Source of the DNA: an uncultured virus (IMG/VR IMGVR_UViG_3300048503_000017)
Lineage: Duplodnaviria; Heunggongvirae; Uroviricota; Caudoviricetes
Direction: 5' to 3' (one strand)
Virus record (IMG/VR): IMGVR_UViG_3300048503_000017
Length of the DNA: 64,000 bases
A model generated the notes under the pieces. That model searched no databases. It was not told the origin of the DNA and was given only the letters and a program-made list of their open reading frames with translations. Shown here piece after piece: positions 46,701 through 56,523 of this stretch (its first letter is position 1; each line of letters begins with the position of its first letter). A program made the translations under genes and the position numbers.

Positions 46701-49700
46701 GTGTTACCACGTCCGCTGTAGTCGCCCACTTGGGCACCGAACTCCGCATAAAGTTCGTTATAAATGCTGGGGTAAGCCGGAATGATTCTTGAGAGTTGCC
46801 CTCCCATTGCGTCGTCGAGTTGCTGGTAGGTGCTCGCTTCTTCACCTTCTGACCTCTCTCTGCGGAATAAATCATCTGCGGTGTGCTCTGAAAAGAACAG
46901 GACTCTCCATCCCTGATCTCTTGCTTGCTTTGCTAGTTCAATTGCTTGTGGCAGTCTTTCGCGCTCAAGGAAATTCTTCGTGTAGACCGCTTCAAACGCT
47001 GCGGCTTTCCGCGCCAATCCCTGCTTGCCCATCCTTGTGAATTGATCCCGAGCCCTGTCGAAACCTTCCCTGATGCGGTCGAGGCCGCGCTTCATAGAAT
47101 CCGTGACTGGCACTACCCCGAAATGAGCATTGTATCCGTCATACGAGATGGCCTGAGAAACAAACTGGCCTCTCTCAATCAACTGCTCTCTCAACTTTGC
47201 CTGCTTGCCGGGGTCGAGCCGCGCAACGATCTTGTCTCCCACCTTCTCGTGTGCGAAGTTCTCCTGAATCCACTTGTCAAACTGTCCTTTCGGCCAGAGA
47301 TTCAATTTGTCGAGATAGCCATATTCTTGTGGCGAATGGAATGGAGTTGCGCTCATGTAGACCGCTTTACCTGAGTTCGCAACTACGTCCCTGAGCATTT
47401 GCCCCTGCTGAGTTGTATCGTCGTACCACCTACGGGCTTCTCCGGCTTCGTCCGCCACTACAAGATCCCACTTCGAGTTTTTGTAGATGTCGTTGTCGAG
47501 TAGCCCCTTGTAGCTCGCTCCGTACACTCCCGGCTGACCCTCTGGAACATCTAGTTCCACATCGAAGCCGAAGGTGCTTGCCGCAACCCTCTTGCTCTTC
47601 CTAATCAACCCCTTGTTCTTTGAAACGATAAGCACACTGGCATCTGGTTTATTGCGGAGGAATTCTTTGATGACAGCGTTGCCGAGGTAGGTCTTGCCAG
47701 TGCCAGGAGGCGTCACAACCGCTACACCATCCCCTTGATCTAACCCGCTCATCACGGTCTGCACAATCTGCTTCTGGCCTGGGTAGATCAACTGCGCTGC
47801 AACCTTTGGATCAAGCGAGTACGTCGGCGCCGGAGTCGACTCAGGCAAGCCCGCCTTCTTCAGCCCCTCAACCCACGCCTTCTGATCGAACTTCTCGCCC
47901 GCAGTCGTTCCTACCGGCTCACCACGAACCCCCGCCAACGGCTCCAGGTTGACCGGCTTGACGTTCTCAAGGTTTACAGGCGCTCTTGGTACGCTGCCTC
48001 TTGCAGTTGCCCCTCCACGCTTGGCTCCTGCATATCCAGACACCCCCAGCTTGGGAGGTTGAGGAATTCCTCCAACTCGCGGAGGCTCTGAAAGTTTAGT
48101 AGGACCATCATTCGCTGCTCTTCCTCTGTCGGCTGTCTTGGCATTCTTTGCCTCCTGAATCACTTGCTTTGGAAGTTCCGGCTCCGTCTTCGGTGCCAGC
48201 GGCTCTACACCGTGATCGGCACGAATACGGTTCCGCATGTTGTCGATTTGCATTTGAAGCAGACGGCGCTCGAAGGTCTTGTAAGATGGGGTTTCCTTCA
48301 GACGCTTCTCAAGGTCTTCGAGTTGGAGGCCGGGGTGACGCTCCGGTAGTCCTTGAAACAGACTCCCCTTCGGCACTTTGCTAGTCGTGTTGATCTTTAC
48401 GCCCCAGGTGCCATCCTTGCCCTCAATGATCTGCCCACCCTTGATCTTGTCGCTTCCTATGGCCGCTGACGCATCTCCTTCGGATGAGAATGTAATGATC
48501 ACACTCGGCTTCTTCGGGTCAACGCGGTCCCCAACCTCATCAACCACCTTGCCGTCGATTGAATCCCTCAGTCCCGTTCCTCCAAGCTCTCTCGCCAACT
48601 TGACCACGGGATGCGGCTGGTCTTCCGGTCTGACAATCTTTTTCTCTTGCGCTCTGGCCTTTTTAAGTTTTTCTCGCCAATCGTCCGCGACATTGAAGCC
48701 GGTAATTCCGAAATTGTCTGCCATCCACTGCCTGAAGTCGTCGCTGAGTTTGAACGGAGATAAAGGATCACTTTGCAGTTTACGGTAGACGGAGATAAAC
48801 ATTTCTTTGATGTCTTTGAGGACTTTCCGCAGTTCAAATCCCGGCTGAAAGTCCACCGCATTTTCGTCACGCAAGAATTTTTCGCTTCCATAAGCCAGTT
48901 TTTCCATCCTTTCGTTTTGACCTGTGTAGTCCCAGTCTCTTCCGTATTCCCTCTTGTAAGCAGCCTTGTTGACCTTGATCGTGTCGATCTGCTTCCACTC
49001 TTCCTCGTCAATAAGGGGGGAGATTGCGTGAATGAACTCGTGAATAGCTGTCGTTTTGTCTGCGGCTTCGTTTAGCCGCATGATCCCTTCCGCAAAAACA
49101 TATTCACCGCGATGGCGAGAATCATTGCCCTTTTCGATACCCTTGAAGCCAATCTCTTTCAGTACCCACGCTAAGGCATTTTTATGCTCCACTCCCTCCG
49201 GTTTGCGGCGTTCCCATCTCGCTTCCGCCAAAGCCTTAGAAGTGTCGTAGATAGTTTCAGCGTTCTCTTTGGTCGCCTCAAAGAAGTGCAGCATCTTCCT
49301 ATAAGTTCCAGGGCTGATATGACCGTTCGCCGCTATCTCTGCGGCGATATCGCGCTTGAATATATCCTCTGGAGATGCAGTCTGAGGCGGCGGTCCCAAG
49401 GATTTCAGAATCGACTTCCGGATTGGCTGGACGCTCTCTTTATCGAAGAGGTACATCTCTGCGGAGTCTTTGTCTGCTGGGGATGGCTTTGCTTTGTTTT
49501 GCTCAAACTGGCGCAGATTAAACTCGTCGCCGCGTGCTCTGGCTTCCTCGATGGCGTTCTCCATCAGCCATTGGTCAACACGCTTAACGGTATTCTGGGC
49601 TTTCCGGTTGGAATCAGTATCGAGTTTGGGGAACGGTGTCGTCTTGCGCCCTGTGGCGGTAGAGACTACCTCTCCAGCACCCAGCATGTCTCCAATTTTC

Positions 49701-52700
49701 CCGGCACGGATTTCTTCCGGCTTCTTCTCTTCTACCCTCTCTTCATCGGGCACGTCACGGCCCTGCAAAGCCGCATCGTACTCGGCCTGAGAGAGCATCC
49801 AACCAGCATCGGTCTTCGCCTTGTCTGTCCCCTTGTTCCTGCGGAAAGCCGTATCCCTCAATTCCTTCGAGAAAACCCTGTTGAACTTGTCTACCGGCTT
49901 CTCCAAAGACTTCTCAGCAGAATCAAACATTCCCCCTTGAGTGTCTTCATCGGAAATCCAATTCTTCAGCCTGTCTCCGAACGCACGGGGATTAGCGGCC
50001 TGTGAGCTATGCAGCGCCCTCCACAGCGACTCAACTACTCTTCCAGGCTCCGGTGGAACCTCTTGCTCCATTCCCGTCAAATCAATTTGGCTTGGAGAAT
50101 ATACCGCATCCCACCTGTCACGGCTTACGGCTCTATCCGGGTCCACGTTGACGGTCAACTTAGCGGCTTGCAATGCCTCCCTGATCGGTTCGGTGATGTC
50201 CAATTCGGGGAATACGTTCAGTCGCGTCACATAACCGATAGCATTTTCTAACGCTCTGCCAGCCGTCTCATTCTCGATCCCTGTAAGCAAGTCGGGGTCT
50301 TGAAGAGCATGACCAACTACAGCCTTACGGAATAGTCTTTCCCCCTGCTCCGTGAGAACATCGTTCCCCATCTTGTCTTTCATGAACCACAACGATTGCT
50401 GTGAAGTGGGGATGTCGAATCTCGCTGCGGCAATCTCCGCAAACTGAAGCGGATTATCTCTCATCGCCGCGTTCAATCCGCCTTCTGACTCTTCTACCAG
50501 TCGGCCAATTTTGTTTACCGCATCCTGATCCAAACTCCGACCGTACACCAATCCCTTCTGTGCATCGCTGATGTTGTCGGCTTCCGATTCATTGAAGAGA
50601 AGTCCGTATTTTGTCGCCTCTTCTATCGTCTGAATTGGATCGTCCATCATTCTGACAACGATGTAGAACTGCCCGTCATCTGGATATTTACCAATGCCGT
50701 TCTCCTTGGCGAGTGCGGCCATCTTCGACTTTAATTCTTCAACGGCTGCTGCCCTCTCTACCGGATCTGCTATCTCGTTGAGCACCTGAAGGTGCTTCAA
50801 GAGTCTCTGGAGACGACCGTTGCCGCTTACCGTGCGGCCCCCAGGTTCAACCAGCGGCGGTCCCGACATGGCATCAATCGTTCTGTTGGCAAATTTCTCG
50901 AAGTTGTACCCTGAAGTCCTTCCATCCTCAGACACCGCATAACGCTGCGCGTCGAGGCGTCTCTGAAGGATGGTTCTTTCGTTTGGCTCTCTCGGCTGCA
51001 ACTGCTTTGGGAAAAGATTATCGTCGGTACGAACAAGGTTATCCCCCTCCCAGTGATGAGAGAGGATTACGGCGCCAGCCGGGACAAGTTCGTAGTGAGC
51101 TTTTACCTGCCGTTGGTTCTGGTCGATGATTGTGTCTTTTCCACGGAGATGAATGGAGATCGGGGAACGACCGGGGAAGTCTCCCTTTGGCCCCGCCTTT
51201 GCCCTTGCTTCCGCGGACTGAGCTACGGCTTCCTTGGCTACCTTCTTTGCATCCTCTGCGGCTGTCGCTAACTGTTCGGCTTTGGCCACTGCTCTTTCAG
51301 GAGTTTCGTCACGAGAAATCTCTGGGTTAGATGCCTCTTCTACGGCCTTGACTGCCTCTTTATGAGCCGCGGCTTTCCGGCTATCTGCCGCTGCCGCCTG
51401 AGTCTCCGCCTGTACTTGTGTCTTCGGCTCCGGGTCTTTTACCTTGCCTTCCATGCGGTCACGAACGCCGTCCACAAGGAACTTCCGATGGACAAGATAC
51501 GGCTTTTCGAATGCGACCTTCTCTTTCTCCTCTGCGGTCCAGTCCCGGTCGTGAGTGATCTCCCCTTTTTCCAAAATTTGGAGTACACGAGGGCTCGGAT
51601 TCAGCCGGTCAAATGGTATCGGGTTCGCCTGCCCAGACCGCAGATAGACCTTGCCGTTCTTCTCCTCGACAATCCACGGCCTGTCGGGACGGAATGGATC
51701 TGAAATTCTGTCGCCAACTTCGAGCGAAGCCGCTTTGCCTTGCGGGGTTCCCGGTTGACTCTCTGAAAGTCCTATCCGCATCACTTCATCCGGCGTGGTC
51801 CCAAACTGCTTTGCCAGTTGGTTGATGATGTTGTTCGGATCGTTCGATGCCTTGTATGTGGCTCTCCTCTGCTCTCTTGCTTTGCTGGTTTCCTCTGGAA
51901 CCGGAGGCCGCGCAAGAAACTCCTTGCGGCGCTCTGCCTTCTCGCCTTCGTCGGCACGTTCCTGGGTGATCGTCGATTCTTCAAGACCGGCGTTCTGTTG
52001 TGCAACCCGCATCTCCCGGTCAAACTCTTCCTGCCTGACTCCGATCTGCCTCTTGATGTCGCGGTTTCTGGAGAAATCCGCCCTGCGCTCCAATCTGGTC
52101 TTCGTTCCGTATCCAACCTTGCCCGAAGCCGCAAGCTGCATGGCTTGATTCGAGTACGTTCCCCGCTTCATCAACGGGACCGTCTCGCCATCCGATGAGT
52201 GCAGTATTCCCTTCGCGTCGAGTGTCCACTTCACACCCTTCTTCGATGTGATGTAGTCTCCCGGCTGGTAGACGTGATGAAGATTCGATTCGATCTGCAC
52301 CCTTGCGAGTTCTGGCAGGCTTTCGAGTGTCGCTTGGACTTCTTCTTCGCTGGCGCCGGATTCCCGCAGAGTTGCTTCAACTTCCGATGCGTAATCATTT
52401 GCGGACTTCTCGCTGAATGGTCCGTTGAGACGGCCTTCCCGAGCCGCCATGAATACATCTGGAAGAGTAGTCTTCTCCGCGATGCCAGCACGTTTCTGCG
52501 CTTCGCCTGTGTTAATCTCTCCGTCGATCAACTGCTGGCGAATCTCTCCCAAAGTCGCCGCTTCCTTGACTTCTTCGGCTGTCGCCTCCGGTTGCGCTGC
52601 CAAACCATCAGCCGCAAGTTTCAGAGAAGATAGTCTTGCAACCGTGTCGGACGTTTGAGGATCGGCATTGAAGTACAGAGATTCTGGCGTTTCAGTGAAG

Positions 52701-54352
52701 TTGCCGTTGCGGTCCAGCCATTCAACTCCGCGTGGAGTCTGACGATAAACCGAGTGTCTTTCCCCGTCAGTTCCAACACCAAATCTATTCGTCTCTCCCC
52801 AAAATTGAGCAGGGTAAGTGACGTGCCCTGAGCCGTCTACTTCAGATTCGACAGGACGCCAAGTTTCCGCTTCGGTGGGAACTTGACCGACCGCCTGACG
52901 ACTGGCGAAAGTCTCCTCTCGCCCCTTAGAGATTTCCTCTGCGGTTTGCTGGATGGCTTCGCGTGACGCCGCTGCCTCTTTGCGCTCCTGCGCACGGGCT
53001 TCTTGTATTGCGGTGTCCCTTGCGCCTAAGAATTGGGCGCTTTCCTCTGTCTGCTTTTTGAGTTCTTCGGTACGCTGGTCGACCTTGGCCTTGATCGTAC
53101 CAATGACTTTCTGTACCTGCTCTTTTCTTGCGGTTTCCGCTCTCTGTTCGTGCAGAGCATTAACCGCTCTCTGAGCCGCCTCTGGATGCCAAGCCTGCTC
53201 CCACGCGAGCCCAGCATAGTGAGCCGCCTGCATCTGCCGTTTTTGCCGGATGCCGTCTGCGACTTCGGCATTCTTGGCGTCAACCGTAGCCATCATCGCT
53301 ATGTACTCTGGCGAACTGGAAACGGTCTGATCGATAACTAGCCCCTGGGTTTCTGGAGATAGTTTGTCAAACTTCTTCCCCATAGTAGCGAGGGACATCT
53401 TATTCAGATCCGATTGCACTCTCTCTGTCGCGTCGACGTGGCTGATACCAGCCTTTGCCATCAACAGACTTCCCAGTCCATTTACTGCCTGCTGCGTAGC
53501 TGTGTCCCAATCTCCACTGATGTAGCCCTTCACGGCATCGCGGATATTTATGTATGACCCTTCAACCATCTGGGAGATGAACTGAGCCTGAATCAACTTG
53601 CCCATCACTCGTGCGGCCGGAACTAGCCTCGGCAATCCAATGCGGGCCGCAGTCTGAGCAAGAGCACTCTCACCAAAAGTCCCAACCATCAATCCGATCT
53701 GGACCGGAGAAGTCAACTCTTCGCCAAATTGAACTGTCCCCTTTGCTCCTCCCTTAGCAATAGACTTGATCTTATCTCCGGTAGGCGTTCCGTACATTAA
53801 GTTGGCGGCGTCTACAGTTGCAGGAACGTACTCATCAATAAACTTTTCCTGCTTTTCCTTGAGATTCTTCCACTCCTCATCGGTTCTACCAAGCGGGTTC
53901 TGCGCCTTTTCCCAAATTGCGCTTGCCCCACGGCGAATATCATCAAACGAATTCGCCAGCGTCTTTCCGGTCTGCGTATTTCTGAACCAGATACCAGCCT
54001 TTTCAATTGGAGTTGGAGTCCACGGTTTCAACTCTGCCGGCGGTTGGGCAGGAGGTTTCTGTGCTGGCGTCTGATTGTAAAAACGTGCAGCATCTTCAGC
54101 ACTAAATGGCTGGTTGACACGCGACATATCCGCAACCGGAGCGGCCTGCGCTGTTTGTTGGGTGGAGGTCTTCAGTCGGTCGATGTTGCGCTTGATTACA
54201 TCGTCGCCAAGATTGGCGTACTGAGGGAAAGCAGACCGGAACTTATTCGGGTCCGACAAATTATTGTAGATTTTCTCATCGGTCCAATCCTTCAAGCCAG
54301 GATATTTCTGCTTGAGTTCTGGAACCGGGTTCCAAACTTGCTGTTCGGCCAT
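43769..54352 (-). CDS. giant polyvalent virion/ejection protein with ParB-like, zincin-like and SF2 helicase regions
   Basis: 3527 aa; GPPLVEPGGRTVSGNGR; AIHEFIH; Walker A PPGTGKT, VADEAG, MSATP, AGGGIGVDMHD, EQAMGRPWR. Confidence 0.8.
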   Translation of the reverse strand: MAEQQVWNPVPELKQKYPGLKDWTDEKIYNNLSDPNKFRSAFPQYANLGDDVIKRNIDRLKTSTQQTAQAAPVADMSRVNQPFSAEDAARFYNQTPAQKPPAQPPAELKPWTPTPIEKAGIWFRNTQTGKTLANSFDDIRRGASAIWEKAQNPLGRTDEEWKNLKEKQEKFIDEYVPATVDAANLMYGTPTGDKIKSIAKGGAKGTVQFGEELTSPVQIGLMVGTFGESALAQTAARIGLPRLVPAARVMGKLIQAQFISQMVEGSYINIRDAVKGYISGDWDTATQQAVNGLGSLLMAKAGISHVDATERVQSDLNKMSLATMGKKFDKLSPETQGLVIDQTVSSSPEYIAMMATVDAKNAEVADGIRQKRQMQAAHYAGLAWEQAWHPEAAQRAVNALHEQRAETARKEQVQKVIGTIKAKVDQRTEELKKQTEESAQFLGARDTAIQEARAQERKEAAASREAIQQTAEEISKGREETFASRQAVGQVPTEAETWRPVESEVDGSGHVTYPAQFWGETNRFGVGTDGERHSVYRQTPRGVEWLDRNGNFTETPESLYFNADPQTSDTVARLSSLKLAADGLAAQPEATAEEVKEAATLGEIRQQLIDGEINTGEAQKRAGIAEKTTLPDVFMAAREGRLNGPFSEKSANDYASEVEATLRESGASEEEVQATLESLPELARVQIESNLHHVYQPGDYITSKKGVKWTLDAKGILHSSDGETVPLMKRGTYSNQAMQLAASGKVGYGTKTRLERRADFSRNRDIKRQIGVRQEEFDREMRVAQQNAGLEESTITQERADEGEKAERRKEFLARPPVPEETSKAREQRRATYKASNDPNNIINQLAKQFGTTPDEVMRIGLSESQPGTPQGKAASLEVGDRISDPFRPDRPWIVEEKNGKVYLRSGQANPIPFDRLNPSPRVLQILEKGEITHDRDWTAEEKEKVAFEKPYLVHRKFLVDGVRDRMEGKVKDPEPKTQVQAETQAAAADSRKAAAHKEAVKAVEEASNPEISRDETPERAVAKAEQLATAAEDAKKVAKEAVAQSAEARAKAGPKGDFPGRSPISIHLRGKDTIIDQNQRQVKAHYELVPAGAVILSHHWEGDNLVRTDDNLFPKQLQPREPNERTILQRRLDAQRYAVSEDGRTSGYNFEKFANRTIDAMSGPPLVEPGGRTVSGNGRLQRLLKHLQVLNEIADPVERAAAVEELKSKMAALAKENGIGKYPDDGQFYIVVRMMDDPIQTIEEATKYGLLFNESEADNISDAQKGLVYGRSLDQDAVNKIGRLVEESEGGLNAAMRDNPLQFAEIAAARFDIPTSQQSLWFMKDKMGNDVLTEQGERLFRKAVVGHALQDPDLLTGIENETAGRALENAIGYVTRLNVFPELDITEPIREALQAAKLTVNVDPDRAVSRDRWDAVYSPSQIDLTGMEQEVPPEPGRVVESLWRALHSSQAANPRAFGDRLKNWISDEDTQGGMFDSAEKSLEKPVDKFNRVFSKELRDTAFRRNKGTDKAKTDAGWMLSQAEYDAALQGRDVPDEERVEEKKPEEIRAGKIGDMLGAGEVVSTATGRKTTPFPKLDTDSNRKAQNTVKRVDQWLMENAIEEARARGDEFNLRQFEQNKAKPSPADKDSAEMYLFDKESVQPIRKSILKSLGPPPQTASPEDIFKRDIAAEIAANGHISPGTYRKMLHFFEATKENAETIYDTSKALAEARWERRKPEGVEHKNALAWVLKEIGFKGIEKGNDSRHRGEYVFAEGIMRLNEAADKTTAIHEFIHAISPLIDEEEWKQIDTIKVNKAAYKREYGRDWDYTGQNERMEKLAYGSEKFLRDENAVDFQPGFELRKVLKDIKEMFISVYRKLQSDPLSPFKLSDDFRQWMADNFGITGFNVADDWREKLKKARAQEKKIVRPEDQPHPVVKLARELGGTGLRDSIDGKVVDEVGDRVDPKKPSVIITFSSEGDASAAIGSDKIKGGQIIEGKDGTWGVKINTTSKVPKGSLFQGLPERHPGLQLEDLEKRLKETPSYKTFERRLLQMQIDNMRNRIRADHGVEPLAPKTEPELPKQVIQEAKNAKTADRGRAANDGPTKLSEPPRVGGIPQPPKLGVSGYAGAKRGGATARGSVPRAPVNLENVKPVNLEPLAGVRGEPVGTTAGEKFDQKAWVEGLKKAGLPESTPAPTYSLDPKVAAQLIYPGQKQIVQTVMSGLDQGDGVAVVTPPGTGKTYLGNAVIKEFLRNKPDASVLIVSKNKGLIRKSKRVAASTFGFDVELDVPEGQPGVYGASYKGLLDNDIYKNSKWDLVVADEAGEARRWYDDTTQQGQMLRDVVANSGKAVYMSATPFHSPQEYGYLDKLNLWPKGQFDKWIQENFAHEKVGDKIVARLDPGKQAKLREQLIERGQFVSQAISYDGYNAHFGVVPVTDSMKRGLDRIREGFDRARDQFTRMGKQGLARKAAAFEAVYTKNFLERERLPQAIELAKQARDQGWRVLFFSEHTADDLFRRERSEGEEASTYQQLDDAMGGQLSRIIPAYPSIYNELYAEFGAQVGDYSGRGNTDAAREKARTDFLKGEVPMLYASYAGGGIGVDMHDADYPELNVKGGDKPIVAIYLGPPYSGVLLEQAMGRPWRFGVKSDVHAVFLATDSEPDIRLMQTKVGPRMKALRAAVLGEKDSLANVMSTYTDEEKVRERQDQLAYAEGNEMKVNATQFQVRSKQRNVGIQDWSAISFPSAEEAKHKGMKYGEAVAGGDWSSLYQSKFELRPPDSPEDARAKNEIDRLGNAVASGRAVPAELQNLESTEVKTAVGLSAATATTETDLPLDRDKTNTARQSMDSQLRSGRPFPYYGLILSQELGMENIARRAGKPEVGKNLKLMNRNYRADYDVARSQYWNLMEDTFKRNGIKTDDKKAVWTITRVLEGQEKETSADPRINAIAADLSDMMRMAHEDLSKSGVGVRDHTGKIVARYGKDFGEDPKYYPHRINWDQEVTDPKTGKKLDLREMMKEKNEEIRKRIIANIPELKPYTYQQVYEYLNRHTPKAPVLSNIHRAREVNFPYIKRDYPTLVGYFDQVAEATAQARNFGPENQKLNTEIRKINDINGIETLQSMFRSTLEPQNWNDITAKIYNAAIAYEAASKMTYSAFKIPFHLGLVPIGMHGKVLPLAKAFAHLAIHPREVMENAGYVGVLTRQLSAADIVFGERQAAPVRQILRKEMFEASYKMVRALSGESARVYLDQYAIKELKRGGRDAENTRRLLSDTFLIGNGSIDDAVASGRFSPGDIGRAQTAFANLTTFSDDPLQMPQLARHEIAKGASKPAIGLFRAVRLTYALESFTLKATSLLREQLYEEVVVHHNYKPLAYALVASPILGQMLAATGAGAKHVIHKGFEGLTGHKHEKDSWDTYIENLKQTFEHPEAAELLKFIVDGYTLAYGWDMVRSVTNPFLDLAAGELKKAGKGFEYMVPDLVEHIAGSFYDDLFKTAEELARIGQIESGRRMPLKKPEKIKQSVGKYLEGQVPALRQFPPFESVMGIKPPPR

Positions 54353-54355
54353 CGC

Positions 54356-55924
54356 TCATTGCCATCCTGGAGGCAAGTTTCCGCCTGCCTGTGCTCCTGG
54401 TGTTCCCCCAATTGACTTTACGGCAGCGTCGTACTCCGCTGCAACGCGACCTTTTGCCTTTTCTCGATCAATCACAGCTTGCGCGTAGTCCCGATCCTTG
54501 ACCGCTTGAGCGGTTGCGAGAATCGACTGGTCGCCAGATTGAGCGGCCTTCGCCTGAGCCGCAGCAAATGCCTTATCCGCAGCCTCGATGGTCTTCGTGT
54601 AGGCCGTCTCTGCCTTCTGGTAGCCTTCCTGCTGAGCCTTTACCGCTTGACGTGTCACAGAGGCTGTCAGAGCCGTCTGCTTGCCTCCCGGTGGAGGGGT
54701 GATTCCGGTCTTTGCGGCCTGCGATGCAGTCTTGCCAGCCTGCGGTGGACGGCTTATTCCCTGCGTTCCCTGCCCGCTAGGAGACGCCGTTGCCTTTGGA
54801 GGCTTACTTATCCCTCCCGGCTTCGCTGTGCGCGTTGTGGTGGTGCTTCTGTCTCCCTGCGGGTTGCTTGTAGACGTGCTCGTGGTCGCCGTTGACACAA
54901 TTCCGGCCGCTTTCGCATATTGCTTTGCGGATGCCAGTTGCTCGGCAGTAGCTTTGTCTCTGGTCACCCCGATGCTTTGGAGGTATTTGTCTTCCAATTC
55001 AGCATCGGAACCTGCCTTCGGACCTGTGTTGTCAACCGGCTGTGCGTCTGGGTAAAACTGGTTCGCCTCTTCTGGATACAGGTACGCTTTCTTCCCGCTG
55101 GGAAGTTGGTACAGTTTCGCCGCTCCCGTATACTTCATTGGAGCAAGGGCCGCTCTTGCGTTCTGCCATGTCTCGTAGTTCTTCTTCGCATCGGGAGGCA
55201 GAGACGCTATCTCATCCGGCGACAGATGGGAAAACGTAGAAAACCCTGCTTGAACGGTCTTCTCGTTCTGTAACTTCCGAGATTGTTCCTCGTTCGCAAG
55301 CCGACCGGATTCCAAACTTTGGACTTGTTGTTGGCCCTGTGGTGACAACCCCGGTGGTTTGGGTTGCATGGTTACTAGGGCGATTTTCGGAATAACATGG
55401 GGGTTTGCCGCAAAGAAGTCCCCGATGTTATTGAACCCGGCGCTTACAGGGTTCTTCTTTTTCTTGTCGTCCGGTGACTTTACAGGGTCCGTATCCCCTG
55501 CGGCTTTCTTTCCCTTTTGAGTCTTCTCGGGAATGACAAACTGAGCCTTAGTCTGCTTACCCGCTTGAAAGGCGGTTGTGTACGCCTGATAAGCTGCCTG
55601 AGCCGCTGGATCGTCTTGCTTGCCGCCTGCCTTTGTGAGAGCGTCCTGATACTGACCGTAGGCCGCTTCGCTTGCGGCATCCGCTGCGTTGATCGTCGCC
55701 TGGGCTTGCGCGTTCTTCCGCTGCTCCTTCATCTGATGCCCTGCCATGAACCCCTTGAGCAGAGAATCCCCGATAGCAAGCGCACCTGTTCCCTTCCGCC
55801 CGAACTCGCCCTGCAACGGCGCTGCCGGTCGGCTCTGTTGCTCTATCGCCTGGGGCGGCAATTGGATTAACGGAACAGTTGAGGTATACGGAGTAATCGA
55901 GAGAGGGTCATTCTGCACGCTCAT
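54356..55924 (-). CDS. putative internal virion/ejection protein
   Basis: A/Q/G-rich 522 aa directly upstream of the giant protein. Confidence 0.6.
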   Translation of the reverse strand: MSVQNDPLSITPYTSTVPLIQLPPQAIEQQSRPAAPLQGEFGRKGTGALAIGDSLLKGFMAGHQMKEQRKNAQAQATINAADAASEAAYGQYQDALTKAGGKQDDPAAQAAYQAYTTAFQAGKQTKAQFVIPEKTQKGKKAAGDTDPVKSPDDKKKKNPVSAGFNNIGDFFAANPHVIPKIALVTMQPKPPGLSPQGQQQVQSLESGRLANEEQSRKLQNEKTVQAGFSTFSHLSPDEIASLPPDAKKNYETWQNARAALAPMKYTGAAKLYQLPSGKKAYLYPEEANQFYPDAQPVDNTGPKAGSDAELEDKYLQSIGVTRDKATAEQLASAKQYAKAAGIVSTATTSTSTSNPQGDRSTTTTRTAKPGGISKPPKATASPSGQGTQGISRPPQAGKTASQAAKTGITPPPGGKQTALTASVTRQAVKAQQEGYQKAETAYTKTIEAADKAFAAAQAKAAQSGDQSILATAQAVKDRDYAQAVIDREKAKGRVAAEYDAAVKSIGGTPGAQAGGNLPPGWQ

Positions 55925-56487
55925 TAGAGTGCCCCCGCCACTGAAGCACCGGCTCCGGCCAAAGACGCCCCAAAACCAAGCATAGTTGATTTTTGCTCGT
56001 TGTTTAGTTGCTGGAGGTTGCCGTATTGATTGGCGGCGGCATTAAGCCCCTGAAGGCCCGAAGAGGTAGCTTGGTTACCTTGGCTCACGTTCTGACCTCC
56101 CAAACCAGCAAGCGAACCAAATGCGTTCGTATAAGAGCCCGTTGTCAGATTTGAAATCTGTGCTCCCTTAGACAAATCCGCTTCGGATAGCGCAAGGTCT
56201 CTCGCTCCACCCCTCGGAGCGTTCTGCATGATGTTTTTGAGTTGCTCGTTCGACTGTCCGGTAATCTGCTGGATGGCCGGCGCGTTTGCCCTTGCCAGCG
56301 CGTTAGGATCGCCGCTTGCCAGCTTGCCGTAGTAAGACGTTGCTTGCTGGAGTCCGGGCAGGGCGAGGTTAAAGAGAGTAGAACCCTCTTGGGCGCTTTG
56401 GGCTCCCGTAGCCGTCAATTGTTGGGCAAGCCCCGTCTGAGCCGCTTCTAAGGCCGGACTCGACTCGGCACCAGATGGTTTGGAAAT
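55924..56487 (-). CDS. putative DNA transfer/pilot protein (possible ATT start)
   Basis: G/A/Q/N-rich with hydrophobic C-terminus; GAGG RBS 9 nt before in-frame ATT at 56487. Confidence 0.55.
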   Translation of the reverse strand: MSKPSGAESSPALEAAQTGLAQQLTATGAQSAQEGSTLFNLALPGLQQATSYYGKLASGDPNALARANAPAIQQITGQSNEQLKNIMQNAPRGGARDLALSEADLSKGAQISNLTTGSYTNAFGSLAGLGGQNVSQGNQATSSGLQGLNAAANQYGNLQQLNNEQKSTMLGFGASLAGAGASVAGAL

Positions 56488-56523
56488 CGGAGTATACCTC
56501 TCTCAAAGAGAGGGTAACGCCAA

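Noticed and set aside
43835..55985. Numerous plus-strand ORFs inside the large minus-strand genes
   Set aside because: Antisense shadow ORFs without RBS support or recognisable motifs.
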